A stretch of 64,000 nucleotides of DNA, from IMG/VR virus record IMGVR_UViG_3300025266_000005, positions 3,708 to 67,707 of that record, one strand, 5' to 3'. This document shows, piece by piece, positions 18,814 to 27,867 of this stretch; position 1 is the stretch's first letter, and the number at the start of each line of letters is the position of its first letter. The notes below the pieces were generated by a model that saw nothing but the letters and a program-made list of their open reading frames with translations, made no database searches and was not told the origin of the DNA. The DNA comes from a virus. The translations under genes were made by a program, and so were the position numbers.

Positions 18814-20178
18814 TTACAGCATGTTGCCGATACTGAGTTTTGCAACCAGCGATCGGCTGTTGGCGATAATGAAAGAATCAGCAATATTGGGAGAGTCAAC
18901 TTCTCTTGCCCTTAACTGCTTCTTGCTTTCCACCATTTCTTTGCCAGATGAGCTATACGTTTTTTCAACAACGGATAATTCTTCTTTCAGTTTTTCTAAT
19001 AACTTTTTGTCCAGGTCGCTTGAGATGCTTATCATCTCGTCGGCCCTGAACTTTTTATTTTTGGTGACCGCTAAATATGTGTTTTTAAATCTGTCTGATA
19101 CGGTTCGCCATGCTTGAGCTTTTAAATTCTCAAAGTGATCGACGTTTTTAATCTTGCCAGCCACCATGTAATACCGATCTGGCTTGGCTACTTTTGCGGC
19201 TGCATTAAACTTGAAGTGCTTACGCCATTTAAGGTTATTAAAATGCGCCCCAGTGCCAGCACCAACGCCGATGGAGTCATACCCTATCAGTGAGGCGTTT
19301 AATCGTTTAGCAGTGTTTACGACGCGCCCGGCAGACTTATCCAGCTCATCTTCACCAGCTTTCCACTCGTCAACATGAACAGCAACATAACCATTCATTG
19401 TGGTGGTTGCGTTTGCATCATCGCCATCATCCGCCACGTCATAACCTACCGTTACACCACCAAGCCATTCACCACTTGCAGGCTTAACGGTTAGATGTGC
19501 ATCAATAGTCGCCTCAATCCATTTCAGCTTGATAATGGCGTTTTCGCTACTGTCTTTCGGCACGCCTAGATATACGTGCTGATATTCTTCGTAGTCATCC
19601 TCTTTTAACTGCGCTATCTCTTTCTTACTGGTTTCAGATAAAAAAGGATTTTCATCGTAGTTAATAAGTCGACAAACACAATCATTAGGCGGGTCAACGA
19701 CAAACCGCTTATGAATGTAATCTGTTTTAAATCGTGGATTCCAGATAAGCCATATTTCAGACCCTTCCTTACGGATGGTTGGCCTGAGAACTTTCATCTG
19801 TTCTTCAGTAAGCCCTTCGGCCTCCTCAATCCAAAGTATGTCTGCACCCTCAACCGATTTAATGTCAGTGAGGTTTCGCTGAATACCGTAAAACATGAAC
19901 TCAGAACCCGTAACCAGATTCTTGATCCGGTTATTGGTTATATAAAATCTGTCCTGCAATCCAAATGCAGCAATCTTGTCTTTCAGGACCGTATAAACAG
20001 AGTCATCAATCCTGTTCTGAAACTGCCTTACACAGAGAAACTTAACGGTGCAGTAGTCGGCAATTCTTATGGCGTTACCGGCAGCGTCATGTGACTTGCT
20101 TGAATCCCTACCACCCCTTAACGCCTTATAGCGTGACTTGGTAGCCCAGAAGTCTCTCAGGGCTGGATTCATCAACAT
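18814..20178 (-). CDS. Terminase large subunit (PBSX family)
   Basis: GGRDSSKS Walker A, WIEEAE Walker B, GYDVAD and SPNIADS nuclease motifs. Confidence 0.9.
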   Translation of the reverse strand: MLMNPALRDFWATKSRYKALRGGRDSSKSHDAAGNAIRIADYCTVKFLCVRQFQNRIDDSVYTVLKDKIAAFGLQDRFYITNNRIKNLVTGSEFMFYGIQRNLTDIKSVEGADILWIEEAEGLTEEQMKVLRPTIRKEGSEIWLIWNPRFKTDYIHKRFVVDPPNDCVCRLINYDENPFLSETSKKEIAQLKEDDYEEYQHVYLGVPKDSSENAIIKLKWIEATIDAHLTVKPASGEWLGGVTVGYDVADDGDDANATTTMNGYVAVHVDEWKAGEDELDKSAGRVVNTAKRLNASLIGYDSIGVGAGTGAHFNNLKWRKHFKFNAAAKVAKPDRYYMVAGKIKNVDHFENLKAQAWRTVSDRFKNTYLAVTKNKKFRADEMISISSDLDKKLLEKLKEELSVVEKTYSSSGKEMVESKKQLRAREVDSPNIADSFIIANSRSLVAKLSIGNML

Positions 20179-20183
20179 GATTG

Positions 20184-20666
20184 TTATTCTTGCCTATAAA
20201 AGTCATCCAGTGTTCTAGGTGTCTCGTTATTTATCTGAGTGTTTTGCTGTACCTGTGATGGTTTGGCGTGGCGCTCGTTAACGCCGGTCGTAATACTTAA
20301 CTTATCAACACCCTCAACTATCGCTTTAAAGTCTGAGCCTGAATCAGAAAGCGTTAAAAGGTCGCCTGCTTTACGCATTGCGTTAGTGGTGAATAACTGT
20401 ATCTCGCCAATCATTTTCTCTTTAAAGTGAACAGCTTCGTTTACTGCGTTTACTTCTTGTTCACTTAATAGCTTAATATCTTGATTTAGTTCTACTTTCT
20501 TGTTTACTATCTCGGCGTTTTTTTTCTCAACACCTTTGGTTATTCTGTTCACCATTGCTGGCGATATTTTATGTCTATCGGCTAACTGGCGCTGAGTGTA
20601 AGTTCCAGTATGGAAGTCAGCCAGTAAAGCCGCCTTGTCATACTTTGCCGCCATAGCTAGTCTCAT
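20184..20666 (-). CDS. Terminase small subunit
   Basis: N-terminal HTH (TQRQLADRHKISPAMV), immediately upstream of terL. Confidence 0.75.
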   Translation of the reverse strand: MRLAMAAKYDKAALLADFHTGTYTQRQLADRHKISPAMVNRITKGVEKKNAEIVNKKVELNQDIKLLSEQEVNAVNEAVHFKEKMIGEIQLFTTNAMRKAGDLLTLSDSGSDFKAIVEGVDKLSITTGVNERHAKPSQVQQNTQINNETPRTLDDFYRQE

Positions 20667-20978
20667 TCATAAAGTAAATTCAGGCCCGGCTCTGTGGGCT
20701 TTGTAGTGTGAGTTCTTGCAGGTTTCAAACATCAGTTCAAATACCTGGTCGCTTTCTAATTCAAATGGCACCTGGTGGTAAACCAGATACGCCATGCCGA
20801 GAAGGTTTTGATAACCTTCGTCGTCTTTGTATATTCGCTGGGTGTTTTCTTTGAACGCTTCCCAGTTATCACCTTGATGGCGTATTTCCTGAACGTTACT
20901 GGCGACACCTGCCCGGTAAATGCATTGATCGTGTATTTGTTGCTGGCTTAGCGCGACTGCAAAAAGGAACTCGATCAT
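20667..20978 (-). CDS. Hypothetical protein, homologue of 63570-63881
   Basis: 103 aa, same length and visibly alignable with the prophage B copy. Confidence 0.7.
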   Translation of the reverse strand: MIEFLFAVALSQQQIHDQCIYRAGVASNVQEIRHQGDNWEAFKENTQRIYKDDEGYQNLLGMAYLVYHQVPFELESDQVFELMFETCKNSHYKAHRAGPEFTL

Positions 20979-21097
20979 GTCTTACCCCCGCAGGGTTAGT
21001 TGTCAAAGTCTGTCGTCTATCTCGTGTGGGTATGGATGGTTGTTTGCGTTGTTACGGGCTATTTCTGCCTCAATGCGTCTTTGCTCAAGTCTTAGTG
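20971..21097. repeat. Exact direct repeat copy 1 (copy 2 at 63874-64000, truncated by the window end)
   Basis: 127 identical bases starting TCGATCATGTCTTACCCCCGCAGGG; offset 42,903. Confidence 0.95.
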
Positions 21098-21299
21098 TTT
21101 TGCTTTTGAAATACCAGGTCATCAGTGACTGCGTTAAGAAACCAGCTGCAGCAAAGAAGATACCGGCCAGGATAGCCACAACCGTCCACTCTTCCGGACT
21201 GAGCCAGCCTAAGAACAGTAACCCGGCACTTGCACCGTAGTTTGTCTTTGCTCCTACAGTGGCGGCTGTTTCAGCCAAGTGATGGGTAATGCCTGTCAT
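21003..21299 (-). CDS. Holin-like membrane protein
   Basis: One to two hydrophobic segments, TWYFK and charged C-terminus; first gene of the late operon. Confidence 0.65.
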   Translation of the reverse strand: MTGITHHLAETAATVGAKTNYGASAGLLFLGWLSPEEWTVVAILAGIFFAAAGFLTQSLMTWYFKSKTLRLEQRRIEAEIARNNANNHPYPHEIDDRL

Positions 21300-21333
21300 T
21301 AGTTAATCCTGGTTTCTCCGAACGTGAGGCAAT

Positions 21334-21366
21334 AAAAAACCCCAACACATTTCTGTATTGGGGTTT
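21334..21366 (-). terminator. Late-leader terminator (tR'-like)
   Basis: AAACCCCAATACAG...TGTGTTGGGGTTTTTT on the minus strand. Confidence 0.75.
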
Positions 21367-21372
21367 AGGCTT

Positions 21373-21613
21373 TGCAATGTGATGACCGGTCGTTACTCCG
21401 GTTCTGTAGGAATTTCACCTACTCTTGCGTGTATCGGTGATGGTTTATCTACCTATCAATCCATTGTGAGTGCCGTAACTTTCGGATTGAACGCCCATGC
21501 TTCGCCTAACTCACCTTCGGCTGCTGCACTACAGCTTCACCACATTACAGTACCAACTGTCTCACCAAAGAAACGACTGGAGTTATCCTGTCTTCTCAAT
21601 TGGTACTGTGATG
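21373..21613 (-). ncRNA. Candidate structured non-coding RNA in the late leader
   Basis: 13-bp closing helix 21373-21385/21537-21549 whose two mismatches are G-U only on the minus strand; several internal hairpins; second 14-bp helix 21543-21556/21600-21613. Confidence 0.55.
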
Positions 21614-21713
21614 CAATCTTTCTTAGTCACTTTTCCTAAGTATGGCTTATTAGAACATGTTTGTTTTCAGCTGTAGTGCCTTTTTGTGTGTTATTTTTGG
21701 TGATTTCTTGTGG

Positions 21714-22331
21714 TTAATTAAGTAAATAGTAAACCCGATGACGTAAGGTGCTTAATTTACGGTAATACTCATTTCGATTTATGTCGTGGTCTTGCTCTAC
21801 GTGTGCCAGCCATAGTTCATTTTTTGGCTTTATAGGTGCAAACACCTCTCCATCACCTAGCACCAACTTGCCAGGTTTATGGCCTATTGGCTTAGCTGAT
21901 TTAAACCCTCCATCTCGAATGTTTTTTATCCATCTTTCTCGCTCAATATAATAAAGCACTGTATTTTTCATGAGCTTTGGTTTTTGTTGTGGATTCCTGC
22001 CGCGCTCAGGCTTCAACCAATGGCCTTTACGCGTTACCTCTCCTCTCCACCAGTTACGCTCTATGTAGTGCAATTTACCAACCTTATGCATCATCTCATC
22101 ATCTTCTGATAGCGACAACATATAGCCCATCATAAGCTCTTCTTCTGGGCTTATTGGCTCCTGATATCCACTATAACCAATGACCATCTTTTGCTCAGCG
22201 CTTATATGGTTATATCCTAAATCGTCACCGTCATGCAGTACGTTTCTAGCCCACTCTTCTAGCGCTCTGTCTGCTACCGCCGTAATTGTTCGCTCGGAGA
22301 TCCGATTTGTAGTTTTCGATGGCATATTCAA
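21714..22331 (-). CDS. Late antiterminator Q-like protein
   Basis: LEEWAR...LGY start and HTH-like end (INRNEYYRKL); last early gene before the late leader. Confidence 0.5.
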   Translation of the reverse strand: MNMPSKTTNRISERTITAVADRALEEWARNVLHDGDDLGYNHISAEQKMVIGYSGYQEPISPEEELMMGYMLSLSEDDEMMHKVGKLHYIERNWWRGEVTRKGHWLKPERGRNPQQKPKLMKNTVLYYIERERWIKNIRDGGFKSAKPIGHKPGKLVLGDGEVFAPIKPKNELWLAHVEQDHDINRNEYYRKLSTLRHRVYYLLN

Positions 22332-22557
22332 TATCCTTTAGCAGTAACAGGTAAGGCGGTAACGTTTTAGATGTAACTCGCTTTATGTGCAATTCTTTGA
22401 TGTGGGATGATTCTGGCGTATCTCGCACAACTCGAATGCCTTCACCCTGGAAGTAAAGCTGATGAGCGCCATGCCTCTTAACCTTAATCTCTAGGGCTTG
22501 ATAGTCTCGCGGCGTAAACAGATCCATTACTTTTATATCAATCAATACCTCAGCCAT
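22246..22557 (-). CDS. Hypothetical protein
   Basis: ORF in nin-type region with GGGG RBS. Confidence 0.5.
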   Translation of the reverse strand: MAEVLIDIKVMDLFTPRDYQALEIKVKRHGAHQLYFQGEGIRVVRDTPESSHIKELHIKRVTSKTLPPYLLLLKDIEYAIENYKSDLRANNYGGSRQSARRVG

Positions 22558-22777
22558 TTGACACCCCTTTATGGATATCCATCTTCTCCTGCATTAACCG
22601 CATTTCCTCATTAACCGATCCAGCCTCTTCGTAATGCCTATCTGTTTTATTGCTGTTGCTGGTTAATACGCAGATTGGTTTGCCGAAGATGCGCTCGTAG
22701 TTTTCGTTATAAGCTTTTTGGTCTGCGGTTCTGTTTCGGCTGCCTTTACTCATACGGCTTCTCCCATATTTCTCCAA
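22550..22777 (-). CDS. Hypothetical protein
   Basis: Short ORF coupled to neighbours; likely start MSKGSRNR. Confidence 0.45.
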   Translation of the reverse strand: MEKYGRSRMSKGSRNRTADQKAYNENYERIFGKPICVLTSNSNKTDRHYEEAGSVNEEMRLMQEKMDIHKGVSNG

Positions 22778-23364
22778 CTAATGCTTCTGATTTTTTCCCT
22801 TTGGCTTTCAATAGTTTTAACCAGTGATGCGTTATGCCGTGAGATTTCCTTGTATTTCTCATTGAATGTCTCAAGGTCTGGAAACCGTCTTAATATCCTT
22901 GCCAGCAAAAAAACCTCTCTACCATGATTAGATTCGTGCGTATTGCCGGTCATCCAATCGCTTACATCACGCCAGTCTTTGGTGACAAAAGGGCTGACGA
23001 TGTGTTTTATGTGGCCTCTATTGTTCACGTAGAGCAATCCAAACTTGGGCGGCAAATCTTCAGGTTTAATAATGCCTTCGGGACACATGTAATAACGCCA
23101 TCTACCTAAACCGACTTCGCTGCCGTTTCGATGTGGTTTGTTCTTATCTGATAAGAAATCCGATCGGCTTACCTTGACCTCAACAACAGTTGATTCAGCT
23201 CCGCGCATGGTTAGCTTGAAACCGATAGCGTCAGGACATTCACCATCCCAACCACTTGTGCATTCTGATAATGCGATTTCGCAACCATGGCCTTTTTGAC
23301 TATTTGGTCTTTGCAGCCATTTAACAGCTAATTTGCATAAATCCTTATGTGTCAAATTACTCAT
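22750..23364 (-). CDS. PD-(D/E)XK-like protein (MmcB-like)
   Basis: ECPDAIG...VVEVKVSRSDFLSD...RYYMCP motif. Confidence 0.6.
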   Translation of the reverse strand: MSNLTHKDLCKLAVKWLQRPNSQKGHGCEIALSECTSGWDGECPDAIGFKLTMRGAESTVVEVKVSRSDFLSDKNKPHRNGSEVGLGRWRYYMCPEGIIKPEDLPPKFGLLYVNNRGHIKHIVSPFVTKDWRDVSDWMTGNTHESNHGREVFLLARILRRFPDLETFNEKYKEISRHNASLVKTIESQREKIRSISWRNMGEAV

Positions 23365-23582
23365 CTAAAATGCCTCCCTAAATGTTCTTCGTTAGCCTTG
23401 CATTCCGCACATTTCGTGGTTCCGCCTGTTGCTGCTTGTCGCGCCATCGGTATGCGATTTCCGCAGTCGATACAGTCCTCAGATACCTCTCTTGGCCTAG
23501 CCGCCTCAATAGCCCTTTTCTTGTCACGCAATGCCTGTTCTTTTTCCATTCTCTCGTCTGTTTGGTCGAATATGTCAGCCAT
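23361..23582 (-). CDS. TraR/DksA C4 zinc-finger protein
   Basis: MADIFD...CIDCGNRIPMARQ...CAEC. Confidence 0.85.
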   Translation of the reverse strand: MADIFDQTDERMEKEQALRDKKRAIEAARPREVSEDCIDCGNRIPMARQAATGGTTKCAECKANEEHLGRHFR

Positions 23583-23862
23583 TAATCTGCTCCAATATCT
23601 GCTCCAGGCTGTGAACGATGGCGTAATGACCTTTCCACTCCGCCGCTAACTTGATTTGGCTGTCTTTGATTGCACCGGCTTTAAAGCTTCCGTCTTGCTT
23701 TACTTGGTTTGGAGTTTTTATTTCGAACCAAAATGTGCGATTTTTAGCTCCAACCAAAATGTCATCCATACCTGTTTGGACGGTGAAGCCTAGTTGACGA
23801 AGCTGTTTAACGATGTCGGCTTGGTTTTCATCCACTCTTGCTGCTTGTCTATATTTGCTCAC
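23575..23862 (-). CDS. VRR-NUC-like nuclease
   Basis: ARVDENQ...DILVG...FEIK motif; GTG start with GGAG RBS. Confidence 0.7.
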   Translation of the reverse strand: MSKYRQAARVDENQADIVKQLRQLGFTVQTGMDDILVGAKNRTFWFEIKTPNQVKQDGSFKAGAIKDSQIKLAAEWKGHYAIVHSLEQILEQING

Positions 23863-24146
23863 CAGTAGGACGCTCCAATCCTGAAATGCCACCAGTACAA
23901 ATAAGCGAAGGTACTGCCAACCATTAATGTCGGGATTACTGCTTTGCAGGTAAATCCACCTCCATCACATATCAGCCTCAATCGTTTTCGCTTCATTTCC
24001 GCTTCCTCATCTCAAACTCATTAACCACAATTCGTTTAACCCAATTCTTTAAATGCTCTCGTACTTCGTCTAGCAGTTTTTGGCGCTCTTGCTTTGTTGG
24101 TGCTGCCAGTATTTTAGCTGCGTAATGGCGGGGCCATAGCTCGCCG

Positions 24147-24443
24147 TTAGCCAACCTTCAAAACCCCTTCGTTAAACCGTCTGATATTCGTCAACATGAT
24201 GTAGTGAAGGAATTGCGAATCTCGGTCATCTTTGTTGTGAAAACCTGATGTAGTGCCTTCACTGAATAATTGATCGCACACGTAGCAAAATTCAGCCGTT
24301 GCCATGTCGTGACACTTGATACCTCGACCTTTGCCGTATTGGTGTTGATATGTGCCGTTGAAGTGGCAGGAGTAAGCATCGCTTGAACCGCATCTGATGC
24401 AGGTTGTGCCTTTTGATTTGTCAGTTAGCTTGCTCACTCGCAA
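24147..24443 (-). CDS. Zn-binding HNH-like protein (DUF1364/YbcO-like)
   Basis: CIRC...CH...GRGIKCHD...CYVC. Confidence 0.55.
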   Translation of the reverse strand: MRVSKLTDKSKGTTCIRCGSSDAYSCHFNGTYQHQYGKGRGIKCHDMATAEFCYVCDQLFSEGTTSGFHNKDDRDSQFLHYIMLTNIRRFNEGVLKVG

Positions 24444-24886
24444 CCCCCAATCGTTTTGCCGTCTTTAGTGGTCATGGTTGACCAGTGTTGCCAGCCTTTT
24501 TTGCAATGGAAGCCCCATTCACGTTTTACTGGTCCGGTGATGAAGATTGTCCAGGCTGGCTTGTTACCGACTAATTCAAGGCGGTGTGCGAAATCAGCGG
24601 GCCTGATTGTTAATATGTCTACAAATCTCCGCTTTACCGGAAATAGGTGGTAATACCCGCCTATCCACTGCTCTAACGCTGTTGCCATGTAATGCTCAAC
24701 CACTCGGCCTTTTAATTTTATGCTGATGCTCGCCCACGGATGGTCATGCAAAGCCCTTTCATCATCGTTACCAATAAACTTATGCAAGTAGATATTGAAG
24801 AATCTGTTGCGTGGGATTAGGTGCCATCTGAGAAGATAGCCCGCGCCTATATGTTTGGGTTTGAATGGGTTTTTCATGCTGCCCAC
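24434..24886 (-). CDS. Cupin-like phage protein
   Basis: YLHKF...LHDHPW...HRLEL...WTIFITGP...WGF. Confidence 0.55.
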   Translation of the reverse strand: MGSMKNPFKPKHIGAGYLLRWHLIPRNRFFNIYLHKFIGNDDERALHDHPWASISIKLKGRVVEHYMATALEQWIGGYYHLFPVKRRFVDILTIRPADFAHRLELVGNKPAWTIFITGPVKREWGFHCKKGWQHWSTMTTKDGKTIGGCE

Positions 24887-25269
24887 CTCGCGCTAGGTAA
24901 AGAAATTCCAGCCTCAGCCGCCAATCGGTAACAGGTTTCGATAAGCTCTGAATACTCTTGTTTTTTGAGGGTTTCGCTTGACTTGACGACTTCGATTTCA
25001 CGGCCTGCCAGATTTACGACTGTCGTACCCATTAGCTCAAACTTGCACAGCTCTTTAATCTCGCCTTTTGTGTAACCGGTCTCGTCTGCAAATATGCCGC
25101 ACAGGGTATGGAAGAAAGCGCGCTGCTCTGCTGTTTTGTCTTCTTTGTAATCCTGAACCGTGATGCGATATTTCTTATCTGCCGGTAAAGACTTAAGGCA
25201 CTCGTAAAGACCAACTTTAATTTTGTCGCGTCTCTGGTCATCCAGGAATATGAAGATGCGGGAGAGCAT
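24874..25269 (-). CDS. NinB-like recombination protein
   Basis: KTAEQRAFFH...SSETLKKQEYSELIE motif. Confidence 0.7.
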   Translation of the reverse strand: MLSRIFIFLDDQRRDKIKVGLYECLKSLPADKKYRITVQDYKEDKTAEQRAFFHTLCGIFADETGYTKGEIKELCKFELMGTTVVNLAGREIEVVKSSETLKKQEYSELIETCYRLAAEAGISLPSARWAA

Positions 25270-26687
25270 TAGGCGGCTTCCTTATTCATCAGCCAGAATG
25301 CTTCGGGGACTTTCTTATCTTCTTTTGGAAGCCATGCCCGTTTACGGCCGATAATCAGATCGAATTGCTGGAGTAACATCAGGTCTTTGAAGTAAAGGTG
25401 TACTGTGCCTTTTTGGTATATTCTGGCTTTGAAAAACTCACTTTCTACTGCTTTCCCATAACCAACATCATCAGCATTTAAAGCATCACTGGCCTTGATG
25501 TATCCGGTTTTTCCGGTTATATGCGCTAATGCCCGATCAATATCATCAAGTTGCCTTACCTTTTCCCACTTAACCTTATTGCCCAGCATCCAGCTGTCAG
25601 ACATATTCGGCAAAATCACACGCTTACCAACAAAGAAATAATCGTTGCTTTTCCAGCCCTCGATATGCACTCTGTTTTCTGCGTGGTATCGGGTCATCAG
25701 GTCAAACGCTTCCTCAATACAGTCTTCGATAATCGTGTCATAATCGGCTATCAGGTTTTTCAGGAAGGTTTTAATGTTGTTCGCCGTGAACTCCATCTGG
25801 CTCACAATTTCAAGCTGGCTTTCAAATTCTGTGCGTACTTTCTCAGTCATGTATTTGTGAAAGTCAGCTAGGTTGATAACGGTTCGCCACGCTGATTTAC
25901 GTAAGCCTTCAACGAAGTCATTGAGTGACTGTTTAACCATTTCGGTTTTGTCGCTGCCGTTACCCTCAATCAGATTCGCGTAGTAACTGGCTTCTGCTTC
26001 TGCAATAACCGCTTTGCGTTTCGACATCACTGCGTTGTCATAGGCCAGGACCATGTTTTCAATTCTGCTTTCAGGGATAGCGAGTTGATTGCCGTTTATC
26101 GCTGGCTCGTATTCAGTGCCGGCCGCTTTCATTCCGCCGAAGTAATCAGCGTTTATGCTGTTGCGTTTTTTCAGGTGAACCAGGGCAACGTCAATATCGG
26201 TTTTACGCTCTGCATCGTTGAAAGCGCCCTGGATAAACTCAATGGTTCCATGTTGCTCGATAATGCTGACTAAAAGCTGTCTGGACTTGCTGAATGGATT
26301 GCGGATGGTTTCAGCGTTGAGCAGTGCGATCACGTCTCCGTTGTAAATCAGATCCCACGCTTTCAAAACGTGATCATCGCCGTTACTAAATGGAGGGTTC
26401 ATGATGATGGTGTCGTACTGCTTAGTGCTGGTGTAGGCCAGAAAATCCGTGTCAATTACTCGGTAGCCTGAACCAGTAAGCAAGGCTCTTAGTTCGGGTT
26501 CTTTTTCAATGCAATCAACATTTAGCTTTGGCTGATAGCTACGCTCAAAACGCGCTTTTACAGCCTGAACCAAATCCCCTTTTCCGGCTGATGGCTCCAA
26601 AATTCGATTGCAAAAATCTTTATCAATCATTGAGGCCATGCGCGTGGCTAAGTTACTTGGCGTGGGGTAGAAGTCAGCGTTAAACAT
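25269..26687 (-). CDS. DNA amino-methyltransferase with C-terminal DUF4942-like domain
   Basis: DFYPTP, ILEPSAGKG (SAM-binding), IMNPPF (catalytic) and YQKGTVHLYF. Confidence 0.8.
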   Translation of the reverse strand: MFNADFYPTPSNLATRMASMIDKDFCNRILEPSAGKGDLVQAVKARFERSYQPKLNVDCIEKEPELRALLTGSGYRVIDTDFLAYTSTKQYDTIIMNPPFSNGDDHVLKAWDLIYNGDVIALLNAETIRNPFSKSRQLLVSIIEQHGTIEFIQGAFNDAERKTDIDVALVHLKKRNSINADYFGGMKAAGTEYEPAINGNQLAIPESRIENMVLAYDNAVMSKRKAVIAEAEASYYANLIEGNGSDKTEMVKQSLNDFVEGLRKSAWRTVINLADFHKYMTEKVRTEFESQLEIVSQMEFTANNIKTFLKNLIADYDTIIEDCIEEAFDLMTRYHAENRVHIEGWKSNDYFFVGKRVILPNMSDSWMLGNKVKWEKVRQLDDIDRALAHITGKTGYIKASDALNADDVGYGKAVESEFFKARIYQKGTVHLYFKDLMLLQQFDLIIGRKRAWLPKEDKKVPEAFWLMNKEAA

Positions 26688-26965
26688 CACACCACACCCC
26701 AAATCATCTGCTTACCCTTGCCAAAATCCACGACTGCAACCAGTTTGCGTTCTTCAAGCTCTGGCAATCGACGTGCAAACACGTATCTGTCGTAACCCTC
26801 ATGGGCGTATTTCTCGCCTAATTGCTTACTGGTCATGTTTGGGGATTGCTTAAGGCGTTTTAATACGCCAGCACGTTGCGTTGCAGCACCACCACCCATT
26901 TCCATTTTCATTCCAGCAATGTGGCTTGATACTGGGTCTTTTGTTCTGGTGTTAGTTGTGATCAT
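26687..26965 (-). CDS. Winged-helix DNA-binding protein
   Basis: DPVSSH...MTSKQL...ARRLPELE motif. Confidence 0.6.
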   Translation of the reverse strand: MITTNTRTKDPVSSHIAGMKMEMGGGAATQRAGVLKRLKQSPNMTSKQLGEKYAHEGYDRYVFARRLPELEERKLVAVVDFGKGKQMIWGVV

Positions 26966-26967
26966 GG

Positions 26968-27867
26968 TTAGCTCCTGATTGCCTGAAATGGCTGTGCATC
27001 TGGATTACTGATGAACTGCTGGCTTTCTGGGTGAAAGTACAAGGCGAACTTATCTTCGATGCCTGCGTGCCGTTGTTTGGCTACGATTAGCGATGTATCG
27101 GGATCGAATTTCTCAAACGGTTTCCCTTCACGCTGTTTGGCTTCTTTGTCTTTGTTCCGGTGAACGATGCAGACGTTATCAACGAGATCCGTTATTTCTC
27201 CGGCGCCCTTGATATCGAACTTGTCAGGCACTTTTCCTTCACGCTCAGACTTGCGAACATGATGGACAAGGTGGATATGTATGTTTTTGGACTTAGCCGC
27301 CCAACACAGCTTGTCTACGAAGGATTTTTGAGCGTTGTAGTCATCGACTCCCAGGCCGCACTTGACCAGCGAATCAAGGATGACGTGCTCAACTCCAAGC
27401 TTGGTTGCTGCGTAGTGGATCATGGCAATAATTCTGGGCGCTGGTATCGTGTCTAGTTGGTCATAAATCCATAAACGGCCTTTGGTCGTTTCCATGATTT
27501 TTCTGACATAGCTTTCGGTTGGATTTGATAAGCCAGCCATCTGCCTAACCATGCGATTTATCGTTGAACGTACAGGCATTTCCAGTGATGCAATAAGCCA
27601 TTTGGCTGATGGCATTGTCAGTGCACAGATTTGATTTAGCAGTTGTGATTTACCGTGACCATTTACGCCAGCCCATAGCGTTACTTCGCCAGGGCGTAGT
27701 TGAAAACGTTCGTGCGTTTTAGGCCAAGGAAGCTGCAAACCGGACATGTGTTCGCCATCCTCGAATGACTTCACCGCCATATCAGCAAAATCATTTGCGT
27801 CAAAAATGTATTGGCTTTCTTCCTGTGCTGCGAAATCTAGGAAATCGCTGTCTTTGAGTAATTCCAT
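26968..27867 (-). CDS. DnaB/T7 gp4-type (SF4) replicative helicase
   Basis: WAGVNGHGKS Walker A, SLEM, ILDSL, LVHHVRK, KGAGEITD and KQR motifs. Confidence 0.85.
   Translation of the reverse strand: MELLKDSDFLDFAAQEESQYIFDANDFADMAVKSFEDGEHMSGLQLPWPKTHERFQLRPGEVTLWAGVNGHGKSQLLNQICALTMPSAKWLIASLEMPVRSTINRMVRQMAGLSNPTESYVRKIMETTKGRLWIYDQLDTIPAPRIIAMIHYAATKLGVEHVILDSLVKCGLGVDDYNAQKSFVDKLCWAAKSKNIHIHLVHHVRKSEREGKVPDKFDIKGAGEITDLVDNVCIVHRNKDKEAKQREGKPFEKFDPDTSLIVAKQRHAGIEDKFALYFHPESQQFISNPDAQPFQAIRS

Noticed and set aside
21358-21639. 93-aa plus-strand ORF in the Q-holin interval
   Set aside because: TTG start, antisense to the late transcript, no motifs; the region is better explained as structured RNA
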